Notes: a model not told the origin generated them from the sequence alone. Shown: positions 17,623 to 26,985, counted from the first letter of the stretch. The stretch is DNA of 64,000 nucleotides from Deltaproteobacteria bacterium (GCA_002748835.1 PDTL01000013.1:26576-90575), one strand, 5' to 3'. A program made the numbers and translations.

Positions 17623-18096
17623 ATGGACAGAATATTTGTAAATGATGAGTTAAATGCGACATTTGTCTGCCCGAAGTGCGGCACCTCCCGAACGGCAAAT
17701 GTGGCGAAATTTGTGGCCCATGAAAAAGAGGTACGCATCCGGTGCAAGTGTAAATGCGGACACCGGTACCCCATTACTCTTGAGCGGCGTAAAAATTTCC
17801 GGAAGCCGGTCAATTTTCCGGGTATGTATTATTATGGACCGTCGTTTTCCGAAAAAGGTCTGATGACTATCCTTGATCTGTCAAACCACGGAGTCAAAAT
17901 CCGTCTGAACGCGAGGCCGACGTTTTCTGAAGGAGACCAGATCCGGATCGAATTTAACCTGGATGACCGCGAACGGAGCCAGGTGGTCCGGGACGTCCGG
18001 ATAAAGAGTATTCAGGACCGGGACCTAGGCCTTGAATTCACGTCGCCTGCTGCGGATAATATTCTGAGAACCTACATTTTTATCAGCAACCGCTGA
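17623..18096 (+). CDS. Zinc-ribbon plus PilZ-domain protein (putative c-di-GMP receptor)
   Basis: FVCPKCGTSRT ... RCKCKCGHRY forms a Cys4 ribbon. The PilZ signatures RRKNFR (RxxxR) and DLSNHGVKI (DxSxxG) follow. The start is taken at ATG 17623. The track ORF begins at 17587. Confidence 0.75.
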   Translation: MDRIFVNDELNATFVCPKCGTSRTANVAKFVAHEKEVRIRCKCKCGHRYPITLERRKNFRKPVNFPGMYYYGPSFSEKGLMTILDLSNHGVKIRLNARPTFSEGDQIRIEFNLDDRERSQVVRDVRIKSIQDRDLGLEFTSPAADNILRTYIFISNR

Positions 18097-18103
18097 TCAA
18101 CAC

Positions 18104-18703
18104 CTAACCCCGATACCGCACTTTTACCTTAAAGCGGGCCTTCCATTCAATCCACAGGGGCAGAAGCAGGGAGAGTGCCTGCGGACCGAGCTGTTGTGTG
18201 GACGACAGCGACGCGATCAGGGCTTCTGCACCTTGTGCCGCGTATGGGATGATGAGGCTTTCTTTCTGTTGGGCCAGAGACAGGCAGTCGAGCAGATCCT
18301 TTCCGGGTACCATGATATGCCGTCCCAGTCCGGGGCGGACATTTTTAAAGGACCAGGGGCTGTCTGCCGATACGGGGATGTCAAAGGTATCCAGGGGCAC
18401 CTGACGGTCACGCAGTTTCTCGGGCCAGGCTGCGCCTGGGGCATAGGCAAGCAGCATGGGCGGGATGGAAACCCGGCGCGTGGGACGTCCATTCTGGTTG
18501 AACTGGGGCGATCTGAGAATCAGCGCCGGATCCGTGTACAAGCGGGCAAGCCGCTCAATCAACGGGTCTGGTGAGGATTGATCAGCGGACAGTACATCAT
18601 GGCTCACCACAGTGAACCGGCGGTCAAGACCTTTGCGATCTCTCTTGATCAGGGTCAGGTAACTCTCAGAAATGGTTTCCTGTGTTATACCAACTAAAAA
18701 CAT
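18104..18703 (-). CDS. Hypothetical protein (199 aa), last gene of the dynamin-like operon
   Basis: Long ORF with no recognisable motif. It lies 88 nt downstream of the membrane-protein gene on the same strand. Its stop is only 7 nt from the converging PilZ stop. Confidence 0.55.
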   Translation of the reverse strand: MFLVGITQETISESYLTLIKRDRKGLDRRFTVVSHDVLSADQSSPDPLIERLARLYTDPALILRSPQFNQNGRPTRRVSIPPMLLAYAPGAAWPEKLRDRQVPLDTFDIPVSADSPWSFKNVRPGLGRHIMVPGKDLLDCLSLAQQKESLIIPYAAQGAEALIASLSSTQQLGPQALSLLLPLWIEWKARFKVKVRYRG

Positions 18704-18791
18704 AGGCTAAACCCATCGTTGAACGGTGATCAGGGGGATGGCTGAATCCGGAATCTGACACGGCAAGGGGTCTTGCTGGCTTCATCCATCG

Positions 18792-19553
18792 CTATTCGGT
18801 TGTCTCAGTGTCTGTAACCGGTGCCGGCCTGCCGGTAAGTGACGTTCGTTCCGGTGCCCCGGCCAGCCGCTCCGGAAGCCTGCGGATATCCACGGGAACA
18901 CCGTCGGAACGGATGGCGGTATGATCATTGAGAAAGACCATCCCCATTTTATCCATGACATCCCTGCGATAGGCATATTTGAGATCCAGCTCCTGCTTTT
19001 TCAGCTTGTACTGGCTCACGAGAAAGATGATCCCGCCGATGAATCCGCCGGCAAGAAGGATCGCCCCTGTGATGCCGATGTAGGTCAGGGATTTCCCGCC
19101 CAGACCGGCAATCAGCGAAAGGATGACATCCAGCTTGTAGAATATGATGGCCAGCCCCACCAGCACCAGCAGCAGAAAAAGATAGGGCGCATGCTGAAGG
19201 ACCCGTTTCAACTGTCGCCACCGGCCCTTCACGCCGCCGGCCGTGTCCGGGGTGCTGGAGATGTCCACACCGGAGATCGGCTGGCTGTTGTACAGGTAGG
19301 TGTTGAAGCCGACGATGACAATACCGAGCAGAAAGGTGATGAAGATGGGCACGGTAAAGGCGGCAAAAAAATAGGCCTTCCAGGGAAAGGGCATGTTGTA
19401 GGGTTCTAACTGACTGAGAAAACTGATCAGGAAGATGAAGACTTCAATGATCGTAATGAAAATCAGGTAGCCTTTGAAGTATCCCTTGAGTTCAATCTGA
19501 TCGAACAAAGAGGCAATGCCGTTGTGCCGGGGCGCATGTTCAGGGTGTGTCAT
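18792..19553 (-). CDS. Integral membrane protein (about 4 TM helices)
   Basis: 253 aa with hydrophobic spans: YLIFITIIEVFIFLISFL, AYFFAAFTVPIFITFLLGIVIVGF, APYLFLLLVLVGLAIIFY and ITGAILLAGGFIGGIIFLV. Its start is 4 nt after the stop of the dynamin-like gene. Confidence 0.7.
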   Translation of the reverse strand: MTHPEHAPRHNGIASLFDQIELKGYFKGYLIFITIIEVFIFLISFLSQLEPYNMPFPWKAYFFAAFTVPIFITFLLGIVIVGFNTYLYNSQPISGVDISSTPDTAGGVKGRWRQLKRVLQHAPYLFLLLVLVGLAIIFYKLDVILSLIAGLGGKSLTYIGITGAILLAGGFIGGIIFLVSQYKLKKQELDLKYAYRRDVMDKMGMVFLNDHTAIRSDGVPVDIRRLPERLAGAPERTSLTGRPAPVTDTETTE

Positions 19554-19557
19554 GGAC

Positions 19558-20940
19558 TTATGCTTCTTCTTCCGGCAGATTGGAGAGCTCGCTTAATGCC
19601 TCGCGGATATCCCGGGCGCCTTCATCCCTGACCGCGCAGACCCAGCCGTGCTCCAGCTTGACACTGCCCATGGCGTATTTCCCCTTGGTTTTGGCAAGAT
19701 AGTCTCTTGCCAGCTGCCGGACAGCGGCCCAGGTATCCTTGCGGTACTGGGTATCCAGCAGGGTGAGATCATCCAGGTTTTCGAGCTGTTTTGCATGAAA
19801 TTTGTCGCTGCTGAACGTGAAGGGGACCAGCAGCCAGAAGAGAAATATCAGGACGCCAGTGCCGCCGCTGATCATGGAGAGCAGTATCAGATCCGGCACC
19901 AGGCCCAGAAACATGAGCACCACCGTCAGGGTACCGGCGGAAAGTATACTGATGAGAAAACCGATGAGAGAGAATTTGGCCCGGAACCCCTGCAGCCGTT
20001 TCCGGTAGCTGATCAGGGCTTCGAGAAAATGGGCCAGGCGCTCGCTGTGGGTTTCCACAAAGGTCGCCATATGATCCAGTTGATGCCGGGGCGCAACCAG
20101 GATGGCTTTTTTCAGTTCTTCCCGCTGATTATCCAGATATTTCAGATAGGCCTGATCCTTACCTGTTTCGTGGGTGGCATGGGGGGAATAGGTCAGGTGG
20201 ATCATGGGGATATCTTTGCGGCCGGTCATCTGGGAAAGATTCCAGCAAAAGGTGCCGTAGACACGGATCAGGTCAACCAGAGACGCGCATTCATCCACCC
20301 GGTTCAGGACAAAGAGAATCCGGTCTTCAAAGGTCTGGCGGGGCAGGGTTTCCCTCAGGCTCTCGTGCGCTTCCCGGCCCGTACCGGCCTTGTGCGGGTC
20401 AAACAAGACAAGGATCAGGGCCGCGTTTTTGGCGAAATCGCCGATCACCTCCTGATAGTCATACCCCCGTTCCCGCTCAGAGATGCTGTCGAGCATACCC
20501 GGCGTGTCGATGAGGGTCAGTTCTTTTAAAAACGGGGAGTTGACTTTTTTGAGGCAGAAATGGGCGGCAAATCGCTGGCCGTGTTTTTTCAGGTGCGCGT
20601 ACGGGTATTCGGGATCATGGATCAGCGAGTTGCCCTCCCGGGTTTCCATGAGCCTTATCGGTTCTCCTTCGGGCAGGCTGTCGTCATAGGTGAGCACCGT
20701 AAACGAGTCATCTGTCGGCGCCTGACCGGTTGCCTGGATCTGGGTGCCGAGAAGTTCGTTGATCAGGGTTGATTTTCCCGAGGAGTAGTTCCCGATGATC
20801 AGCACCTGGGGCTGCCACTTGATGCTTGATTCCAGGGGCGTGTCCGCATACCGGTATTTCAGCGCCACGGGTGTGAGGCACTTTTCAATCATTTCGAGGA
20901 TTTCGTCTTTCAGGGAATGGTAATAATTGTCTCGATACAT
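19558..20940 (-). CDS. Dynamin-family GTPase with C-terminal transmembrane hairpin
   Basis: G1 is LIIGNYSSGKSTLINELLG, G3 is IDTPG and G4 is NRVD. The C-terminal hydrophobic hairpin is FSLIGFLISILSAGTLTVVLMFLGLV ... GGTGVLIFLFWLLVPFTF. The start is chosen at ATG 20940 (AAGGAC upstream). The track ORF opens at 21033. Confidence 0.75.
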   Translation of the reverse strand: MYRDNYYHSLKDEILEMIEKCLTPVALKYRYADTPLESSIKWQPQVLIIGNYSSGKSTLINELLGTQIQATGQAPTDDSFTVLTYDDSLPEGEPIRLMETREGNSLIHDPEYPYAHLKKHGQRFAAHFCLKKVNSPFLKELTLIDTPGMLDSISERERGYDYQEVIGDFAKNAALILVLFDPHKAGTGREAHESLRETLPRQTFEDRILFVLNRVDECASLVDLIRVYGTFCWNLSQMTGRKDIPMIHLTYSPHATHETGKDQAYLKYLDNQREELKKAILVAPRHQLDHMATFVETHSERLAHFLEALISYRKRLQGFRAKFSLIGFLISILSAGTLTVVLMFLGLVPDLILLSMISGGTGVLIFLFWLLVPFTFSSDKFHAKQLENLDDLTLLDTQYRKDTWAAVRQLARDYLAKTKGKYAMGSVKLEHGWVCAVRDEGARDIREALSELSNLPEEEA

Positions 20941-21131
20941 GCCGTGTGTCCTTAGAACTGTCGCAAACGTTGATAAGCCACGGAACTTTCCGGATAATTT
21001 AAAATATATAGTATAATCCTCACGCAAAGGCAATATTCAACTGGGGAATGGATTCAGGGGTTGTCAAATCCCGGGATCCGAATTACATACTCTGCTGTGT
21101 GGAATCTGAACAGAAGAGGTCGTTACGAGAT

Positions 21132-22385
21132 ATGGTCGTTGAAACCCTTTCAACCGGAGAAGAGCTGCAGCTGGGGGCTGTGACCGACACCAACGCCGGC
21201 GTTATTGCCATGGCCCTGACCGAACAGCTGGGCCTGACCGTGTCCCGCCATTCCCGGATCGGGGATGACGCAGCAGGGCTCACAGGGCTGCTGACAGAAA
21301 TCGCGGGAAGGGCCCATGTCTGCATTGTTACCGGTGGTCTGGGCCCCACCTCCGATGACGTGACCGCCTGTGCTGCCGCAGATGCAGCCCAGGTGCCATT
21401 GAAGCACAGTGACAACGCCCTTGCCTCCATCCGCCGGTATTTTGAAAAACGGGGGCGCTGTCAGACGCAGCGGGATACCAAACAGGCAAAGCTGCCCGAA
21501 GGAGCGGTCTGCCTTCACAATGATATCGGCACCGCGCCGGGATTCCGGCTGGATATCGCCAGCTGCCGGTTTTTCTTTCTGCCGGGTGTGCCGCGGGAAA
21601 TGACCTGGATGCTGGAGACCCATGTGATCGGCGCCATTGCATCGCTGCTGGGGCCGGATCATCCGGTGACCGAACGGCGGCAGCTGACCGTGTTCGGCCT
21701 GCCGGAAGCAGGGGTGAACGAGCGGCTGAGGGATCTCCGGGACGCCGTACCCGGCATTCAGGTGGGCTACCGGGCCGTGTTTCCGGAAATCCAGGTCAAA
21801 CTGGTTTTCCAGGATATCCGGGCTGACCGGGCCAGGGAGAAAGCGGACGCGGCAGCGGTCTTTGCTGCCCGGCAGCTGGGTCCGCATCTGGTATCGGATA
21901 CAGGTGCGTCGCTTCCCGAAGCCCTGGGAAAAACACTCACGCTAGGGGGAAAGACCCTTGCGGTTGCCGAAAGCTGCACAGGCGGACTCATCGGCCATCT
22001 GCTGACAGGCGTGGCCGGCAGCTCGGATTATTTTCTCCTGTCAGCGGTCACCTATGCCAATAGCGCCAAACAGCGCGTGCTCGGTGTGAGCACGGAAACA
22101 CTGGATGCATGGGGCGCCGTGTCCGAGGCGGTGATCCGGGAGATGGCAGAAGGGGTGAAAGCGTTGTCCGGCGCTGACTACGGACTGGCCACCAGCGGGA
22201 TTGCCGGACCGGGTGGCGGCAGCCCGGAAAAGCCTGTCGGCACCGTATGGATCGGTGTGGCAGGACCCGACCCAACGTTGGCAGAAATGTTTCAGATCGA
22301 TTTTCGCAACAGACGCATGAATAAACGTGTATTCGCCTATACCGCACTTGATCGCCTGCGGCGGATGCTTGATTCATCGGTGTGA
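21132..22385 (+). CDS. cinA: CinA-family protein (MoCF-like domain plus nicotinamide-nucleotide amidase domain)
   Basis: MVVETLSTGEELQLGAVTDTNAG matches the typical CinA N-terminus, and GGLGPTSDDVT is present. The C-terminal PncC-type region has LAVAESCTGGLIGHLLT and ATSGIAGPGGG. The start is moved to ATG 21132 from the track start 21048. Confidence 0.85.
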   Translation: MVVETLSTGEELQLGAVTDTNAGVIAMALTEQLGLTVSRHSRIGDDAAGLTGLLTEIAGRAHVCIVTGGLGPTSDDVTACAAADAAQVPLKHSDNALASIRRYFEKRGRCQTQRDTKQAKLPEGAVCLHNDIGTAPGFRLDIASCRFFFLPGVPREMTWMLETHVIGAIASLLGPDHPVTERRQLTVFGLPEAGVNERLRDLRDAVPGIQVGYRAVFPEIQVKLVFQDIRADRAREKADAAAVFAARQLGPHLVSDTGASLPEALGKTLTLGGKTLAVAESCTGGLIGHLLTGVAGSSDYFLLSAVTYANSAKQRVLGVSTETLDAWGAVSEAVIREMAEGVKALSGADYGLATSGIAGPGGGSPEKPVGTVWIGVAGPDPTLAEMFQIDFRNRRMNKRVFAYTALDRLRRMLDSSV

Positions 22386-22461
22386 GCAGATTCACTGAGG
22401 TTGCGTTCAATCAAACTAACAGTTCCAGTCCCGGCGGGGCTGTGAAAGGGCATGAAGACTC

Positions 22462-22803
22462 ATGGAAGAACAGGAACAGACAGAGAAGGGCTCAGTTCCG
22501 GTGGCATCCGGGCTGCTGGAATGGTTTGAAGGCAGAGCGGAAATCATGGGGCTGGATGCAGAAGATCTCGTGGATTACGTGCTTACCGCTTATATGAAAA
22601 AGACCGACCCGAGACGCACCTTAGACGTATCCGGCCGGAAACTGGCAGCCATGGGGGTCAGCAAATCGGAAAGCCAGAAGTTTGTTTCGGTTGTCATCGA
22701 ACGGATTCTCTGGGAACGGTTCAAGACGCGGGGCCGCGAAACCCGTCAGGATCCCGCAGAAATGGTGGGAACGGCATTGCGCCAGTTTCTCGACCAGCTG
22801 TAA
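22462..22803 (+). CDS. Hypothetical protein (113 aa)
   Basis: ORF only. The RBS is weak and no motif was recognised. Confidence 0.4.
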   Translation: MEEQEQTEKGSVPVASGLLEWFEGRAEIMGLDAEDLVDYVLTAYMKKTDPRRTLDVSGRKLAAMGVSKSESQKFVSVVIERILWERFKTRGRETRQDPAEMVGTALRQFLDQL

Positions 22804-22988
22804 CATATACGGCCGTTCGCCTGACGCGGGCGGCCAAAACAGTCGGTTATCATCTATGTGCAGCGTTCGTGGACCTGATACCGGCAACCGCGTGCAACAG
22901 TGGCGACGAAAGCATTCAGGGTACAGTCGGAGCTTTTTGGGTTCAAACGTCCCAAACGATGATTGAGCCAAAGAATCAAAAGCTGAGC

Positions 22989-23306
22989 CTATCCAGGCAG
23001 TGGCAGTTCCACGCCGGTCTTCATAATCTCATTGGCCAGGGGATTTGAAGTTTGAAAATCCGATGCCCTGAAAGGATGAGGTTCAATTCTAGTGTCAAAC
23101 CGTCTTCTGAGTTTCATCAGCTTAACCTGCATATCAAATGTATCATCAAGTTCATTGAAAATGATGGCCAGATCAATGTCACTGTCTTCATTTGCAGTTC
23201 CTTTGGCAACGGAACCAAATATATACCCTTTTTTAACATTGACATTGTTTTGTCTTACAAAATCAAAATATTCCCTGGCTATATTAGCAGCTTTGCTTTT
23301 ATCCAT
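22989..23306 (-). CDS. Minimal nucleotidyltransferase (MNT-type antitoxin-like)
   Basis: 105 aa with the GS...D.D signature of the NTP_transf_2 fold: GYIFGSVAKGTANEDSDIDLAIIF. Confidence 0.8.
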   Translation of the reverse strand: MDKSKAANIAREYFDFVRQNNVNVKKGYIFGSVAKGTANEDSDIDLAIIFNELDDTFDMQVKLMKLRRRFDTRIEPHPFRASDFQTSNPLANEIMKTGVELPLPG

Positions 23307-23681
23307 TTCCTGAAGTCCTCAATATGTTGAATCCACGCTTCTGTGTATGCCGTGGAACATTTTTTATAAAATTCTCTTTTGTAATCATCATAACGCCCCC
23401 TGATGTTGAAAGCGGATATGTATCCAGAATATCTTTTTGTTCATCATCAAGGTGCAAATTTCCCTTTTCAGACAAGCGGACAAGATCGTGAATAAATGGC
23501 GGGGTATTTTCTTTTTGTTTGACATACCAGGCTTTCAATAATTTTTCTAAAACAATGTGTCCGATAAAAAGCGCCCATGTATTGTCCCCTTTTTGGAACA
23601 AGTGGTACATGGCTTTAAAGTCGTCGTCTGAAGTATATCAATCCAGTATTTGATCTGTTCCTTTATATCCATAACGATCAT
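23279..23681 (-). pseudogene. HEPN-domain gene interrupted by two +/-1 frameshifts (cognate of the MNT gene)
   Basis: Three minus-strand frames join into one HEPN-like protein. Frame A (from ATG 23681/23672) reads MDIKEQIKYWID. Frame B reads TSDDDFKAMYHLFQKGDNTWALFIGHIVLEKLLKAWYVKQKENTPPFIHDLVRLSEKGNLHLDDEQKDILDT. Frame C reads ISAFNIRGRYDDYKREFYKKCSTAYTEAWIQHIEDFRKWIKAKLLI, with stop at 23279. The shifts lie near 23625-23640 and 23413-23425. The track shows only the middle piece (23299..23610). Confidence 0.6.
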
Positions 23682-23917
23682 GATACCTATCTTGCAATTA
23701 AATGGCAACTGGAGTTGTGTCTTTTAGATAAACCCTTGATTGATATCTTGAAACCGTAAATATGGAAAGGCAACACTTCATCCGTATCTACCCTTCCAAA
23801 AACCGTTTCAAAGCATACATTCCATCAAAGCCCGGTACCCGGAATACCGGTGATAGTCCTGCCAGTTGTCTCTGCCACGGGTAACGGCAGTTTGGTATCC
23901 TGTAATGCCCGGCAGCC

Positions 23918-25669
23918 TCAGGCTGCGTGGGGCATTTCTTTGGCATATACCACGGACAGCCCGCCCTCGGCGAACTGCTGTTTATAATACCGCCGCCGGG
24001 GTTTTCCGCTGGAGGTTTTTTCAAGGCTACGGGGCGTCACAAACACCACCGTGTTCACAGCGATACCGTGGTTTTTGGAAATGGCACCCTGGACGGTTTT
24101 GACAGCCGTGTCCCAGAATGCGTTGACCCGCTCTGGTTCCGTCCCTGCCTCCGGGGTTTTGCGATCATCCACTTCTGCAATGACCACCAGTGCTTCAGCG
24201 CCATCCATATTCCGGGAAAAAGCAATGCAGGTACCCAGGCGGATGGGGGCACCGCACTGGTGGACGGTCAGCTCGATGTCAGCCGGATAGTGGTTTCGTC
24301 CGGCGATGATAATCATGTCTTTCAACCGGCCGGTCACATAGATTTCACCGGCTGAGACAAACCCGAGATCACCGGTGCGGAGATAGGGCCCTTCGCCCGT
24401 ACCGGCCAGCCGTGCCTGGAACGTGGCGGTTGATTCGTCTTCAAGCCCCCAGTAAAAATCGGGAACACTGGGACCTTTCAGCCAGAGTTCGCCCACCTGG
24501 TCCGGCTCGCATGGCACACAGGTGACCGGGTCCACGGCGATGACCTGATGGTCGGCTCCGGTGGCACCGCAGCTGACCACAACGCGTTCATCCGGCGCAG
24601 CGTCGTCGAGTACCGTTATGGTGTGCTGCTCCAGGGCGTCTGCGCTCAGCCGCAAGACCTTGGGCGGTTCGGTCAGCGGCTTTAAACCGCCGACAAACAG
24701 GACCGACTCGGCGATGCCGTAGCAGGGCATGAAGGCGCTGGGCTTGAAACCATACGGTGAAAACTTTTTCGTAAACCGTTTCAGGGTAGCGGGCAGCACC
24801 GGTTCCCCCCCGTTACCGGCAATGCGCCAGTGGCTGAGGTCAAGCCCTTCACAGGCCTCATCCTTGATACGGTTGATGGCGTATTCATACCCAAAGTTGG
24901 GGCAGGCGGTATTGGCGATTTTGTAATAGCTCATGGCCTGCAGCCAGCGGACCGGTTTGAACAGGAAATCCAGGGGGGACATGAGGGTTGATTCAAATCC
25001 GTGAAACACCGGGCCCAGGATATGGCCGACCAGGCACAGGTCATGGTAGTGGGGAGCCCATACAATACTAGGCTGGTCGGATTTGATGCGGAGCATCTGG
25101 CCCATGACGCGCAGGTTTGCAATGGCATTGGCATGGCTGACTGCCACTCCCTTGGGATGACCGGTGGAGCCGGATGTGAACTGGAGATAGGCAATGGCGT
25201 CCATGTCAGGCAACGGCACTGAGCTGGCATCAGCGATTTGTTCTGTCACAGCGTGCAGGGTGATTGGCAGATCCGGCACCATGGCGCCGACCCTTTTCGC
25301 GATTTCCTCGGTGGTAAGCCCCTGTGTCGCACCACAGGATCTGGCGGTTCCCAGTATTCTGCCAAGGGGATTTTTGCTGCGCGGATTGGGAAGCGGGACT
25401 GGTACGGCCCGGACCCCGGCGAGCAGGCACCCGTAAAAGGCTTTGACAAAATCAAGCCCCGGCGGAAAGGCGAGCAGCACATTGGACCCTTGAAGCCCCT
25501 GATCAATGAGGTCGTTGGCCACCCCCGCACTTTGCCGGAAAAGCTCAGCAAAGGTCCACTCGATGACCGGACCGTCCAGGTCACCATTCTCCATAAAACG
25601 AAATGCCAGGTCATCTGCGTTTCTGACAGCCCGGTCTCTTAAAAAATCGATTATTGTCATCTTGATCAA
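23918..25669 (-). CDS. Fatty acyl-AMP ligase (FAAL-type adenylate-forming enzyme)
   Basis: Motifs YLQFTSGSTGHPKGV, GGEP and YLRTGDLGFVSAGEIYVTGRLKDMIIIAGRNHYPADIE follow the FAAL-type pattern. TTG start at 25669 lies 8 nt after GGAGGA. The alternative start is ATG 25660. Confidence 0.8.
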   Translation of the reverse strand: MIKMTIIDFLRDRAVRNADDLAFRFMENGDLDGPVIEWTFAELFRQSAGVANDLIDQGLQGSNVLLAFPPGLDFVKAFYGCLLAGVRAVPVPLPNPRSKNPLGRILGTARSCGATQGLTTEEIAKRVGAMVPDLPITLHAVTEQIADASSVPLPDMDAIAYLQFTSGSTGHPKGVAVSHANAIANLRVMGQMLRIKSDQPSIVWAPHYHDLCLVGHILGPVFHGFESTLMSPLDFLFKPVRWLQAMSYYKIANTACPNFGYEYAINRIKDEACEGLDLSHWRIAGNGGEPVLPATLKRFTKKFSPYGFKPSAFMPCYGIAESVLFVGGLKPLTEPPKVLRLSADALEQHTITVLDDAAPDERVVVSCGATGADHQVIAVDPVTCVPCEPDQVGELWLKGPSVPDFYWGLEDESTATFQARLAGTGEGPYLRTGDLGFVSAGEIYVTGRLKDMIIIAGRNHYPADIELTVHQCGAPIRLGTCIAFSRNMDGAEALVVIAEVDDRKTPEAGTEPERVNAFWDTAVKTVQGAISKNHGIAVNTVVFVTPRSLEKTSSGKPRRRYYKQQFAEGGLSVVYAKEMPHAA

Positions 25670-26043
25670 AACCGTTATCCTCCATGCTTAAACACAGCGA
25701 AACACTGACCGCAAACCGCAGGTCATCCAGATTCGTTTCCCAGTGACGGATCGTGTTTGTTTATGCTTTTCATTATGCATGTTCAGCGAGGGCTTTCAAT
25801 AGCGCGGGCAACTGGATTAACGGGTTTTACAAATCTTTTATATAAAAAGTCGGGAAGCTTGCGCCGCCAAGGTGCACTGTTTCAGTCGATCCGCTGCGTA
25901 CGGGTGCAGATCCGACCAATTGAACCCAAACAGTGAAATAATCATGGAAAAATATCCACAGATCATATAGATATATTAGTTTATACGCGGATAGAACGTG
26001 ACCTGGAAATCCGGTTTCTCTAACGATAAGGAGGATAACGGAA

Positions 26044-26985
26044 ATGAAATGCCGGGTGTTGATGTGGGCGGTAATCCTGTTCGGATGCATGGGGGGGGAT
26101 CTTTTAGCAGCCGGTGCCATGGCAGATGCGGCAGCGAATGATAACGCTTTGCCAGACCTGTCTGCCCTGGATCGCCGTATCAACAGCGAATTTTCCAATG
26201 CGGACAATGTGTTTGCCATCCTCCCGCACAAACCCAATTACCTGATGCCAGTATCCTGGAACACCCGGCCCAATACGGACCCGTATTCGGATTTGGAACC
26301 TGAATTGTCCTATGAACTGGATCCTGTTGAAGTCAACTTTCAACTCAGCTTCAAGGTGCTGCTCGTAAAAGATCTGTTCCATAACAAGGGCGTGCTCGCC
26401 TTTGCCTATACCAATCAATCCTGGTGGCAGGCCTATAATTCAGATATTTCCAGCCCGTTCAGGGAAACCAACCACGAACCAGAGTTGATGCTGGGCTATC
26501 CGTTGGGGCTGACCATGGGTGATTTTTCCCTGAGCCATGCGGTCCTGGGGCTCAATCATCAGTCAAACGGGAAATCCGGTCTGCAGTCCAGAAGCTGGAA
26601 CCGGATCTATTTATCCCTGCTCATATCCTACAAGCATCTGTATGTTCAGATCCGGCCCTGGTATCGGATTCCGGAAGCAAGAAAGGACTCTCCTACGGAT
26701 CCGGCGGGCGATGACAATCCGGATATTGACGCGTATCTGGGGAACGGTGATCTGCTTTTTATCTTCAAACCCCGGGTGGATCATACGGTTTCCTTGCAGG
26801 TGAGAAACAACCTGCGGTCCGGTCACGAGAATAGAGGCGCGGTTCAGCTGACGTGGAGTTTTCCGCTGCATCATCGTCTCAAGGGGTATGTGATGTATTT
26901 CAACGGGTATGGTGAAAGCTTGATAGACTACAATGATTCGGTGAACCGGCTCGGTATTGGTGTGAGCCTTACGGACTGGCTGTAG
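26044..26985 (+). CDS. pldA: Outer-membrane phospholipase A (OMPLA)
   Basis: Signal peptide, then HKPNYLMP, LNHQSNG (catalytic His/Ser region), SRSWNRIY and NGYGESLIDYN. These match the E. coli PldA motifs as I remember them. AGGAGGA RBS. Confidence 0.85.
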   Translation: MKCRVLMWAVILFGCMGGDLLAAGAMADAAANDNALPDLSALDRRINSEFSNADNVFAILPHKPNYLMPVSWNTRPNTDPYSDLEPELSYELDPVEVNFQLSFKVLLVKDLFHNKGVLAFAYTNQSWWQAYNSDISSPFRETNHEPELMLGYPLGLTMGDFSLSHAVLGLNHQSNGKSGLQSRSWNRIYLSLLISYKHLYVQIRPWYRIPEARKDSPTDPAGDDNPDIDAYLGNGDLLFIFKPRVDHTVSLQVRNNLRSGHENRGAVQLTWSFPLHHRLKGYVMYFNGYGESLIDYNDSVNRLGIGVSLTDWL

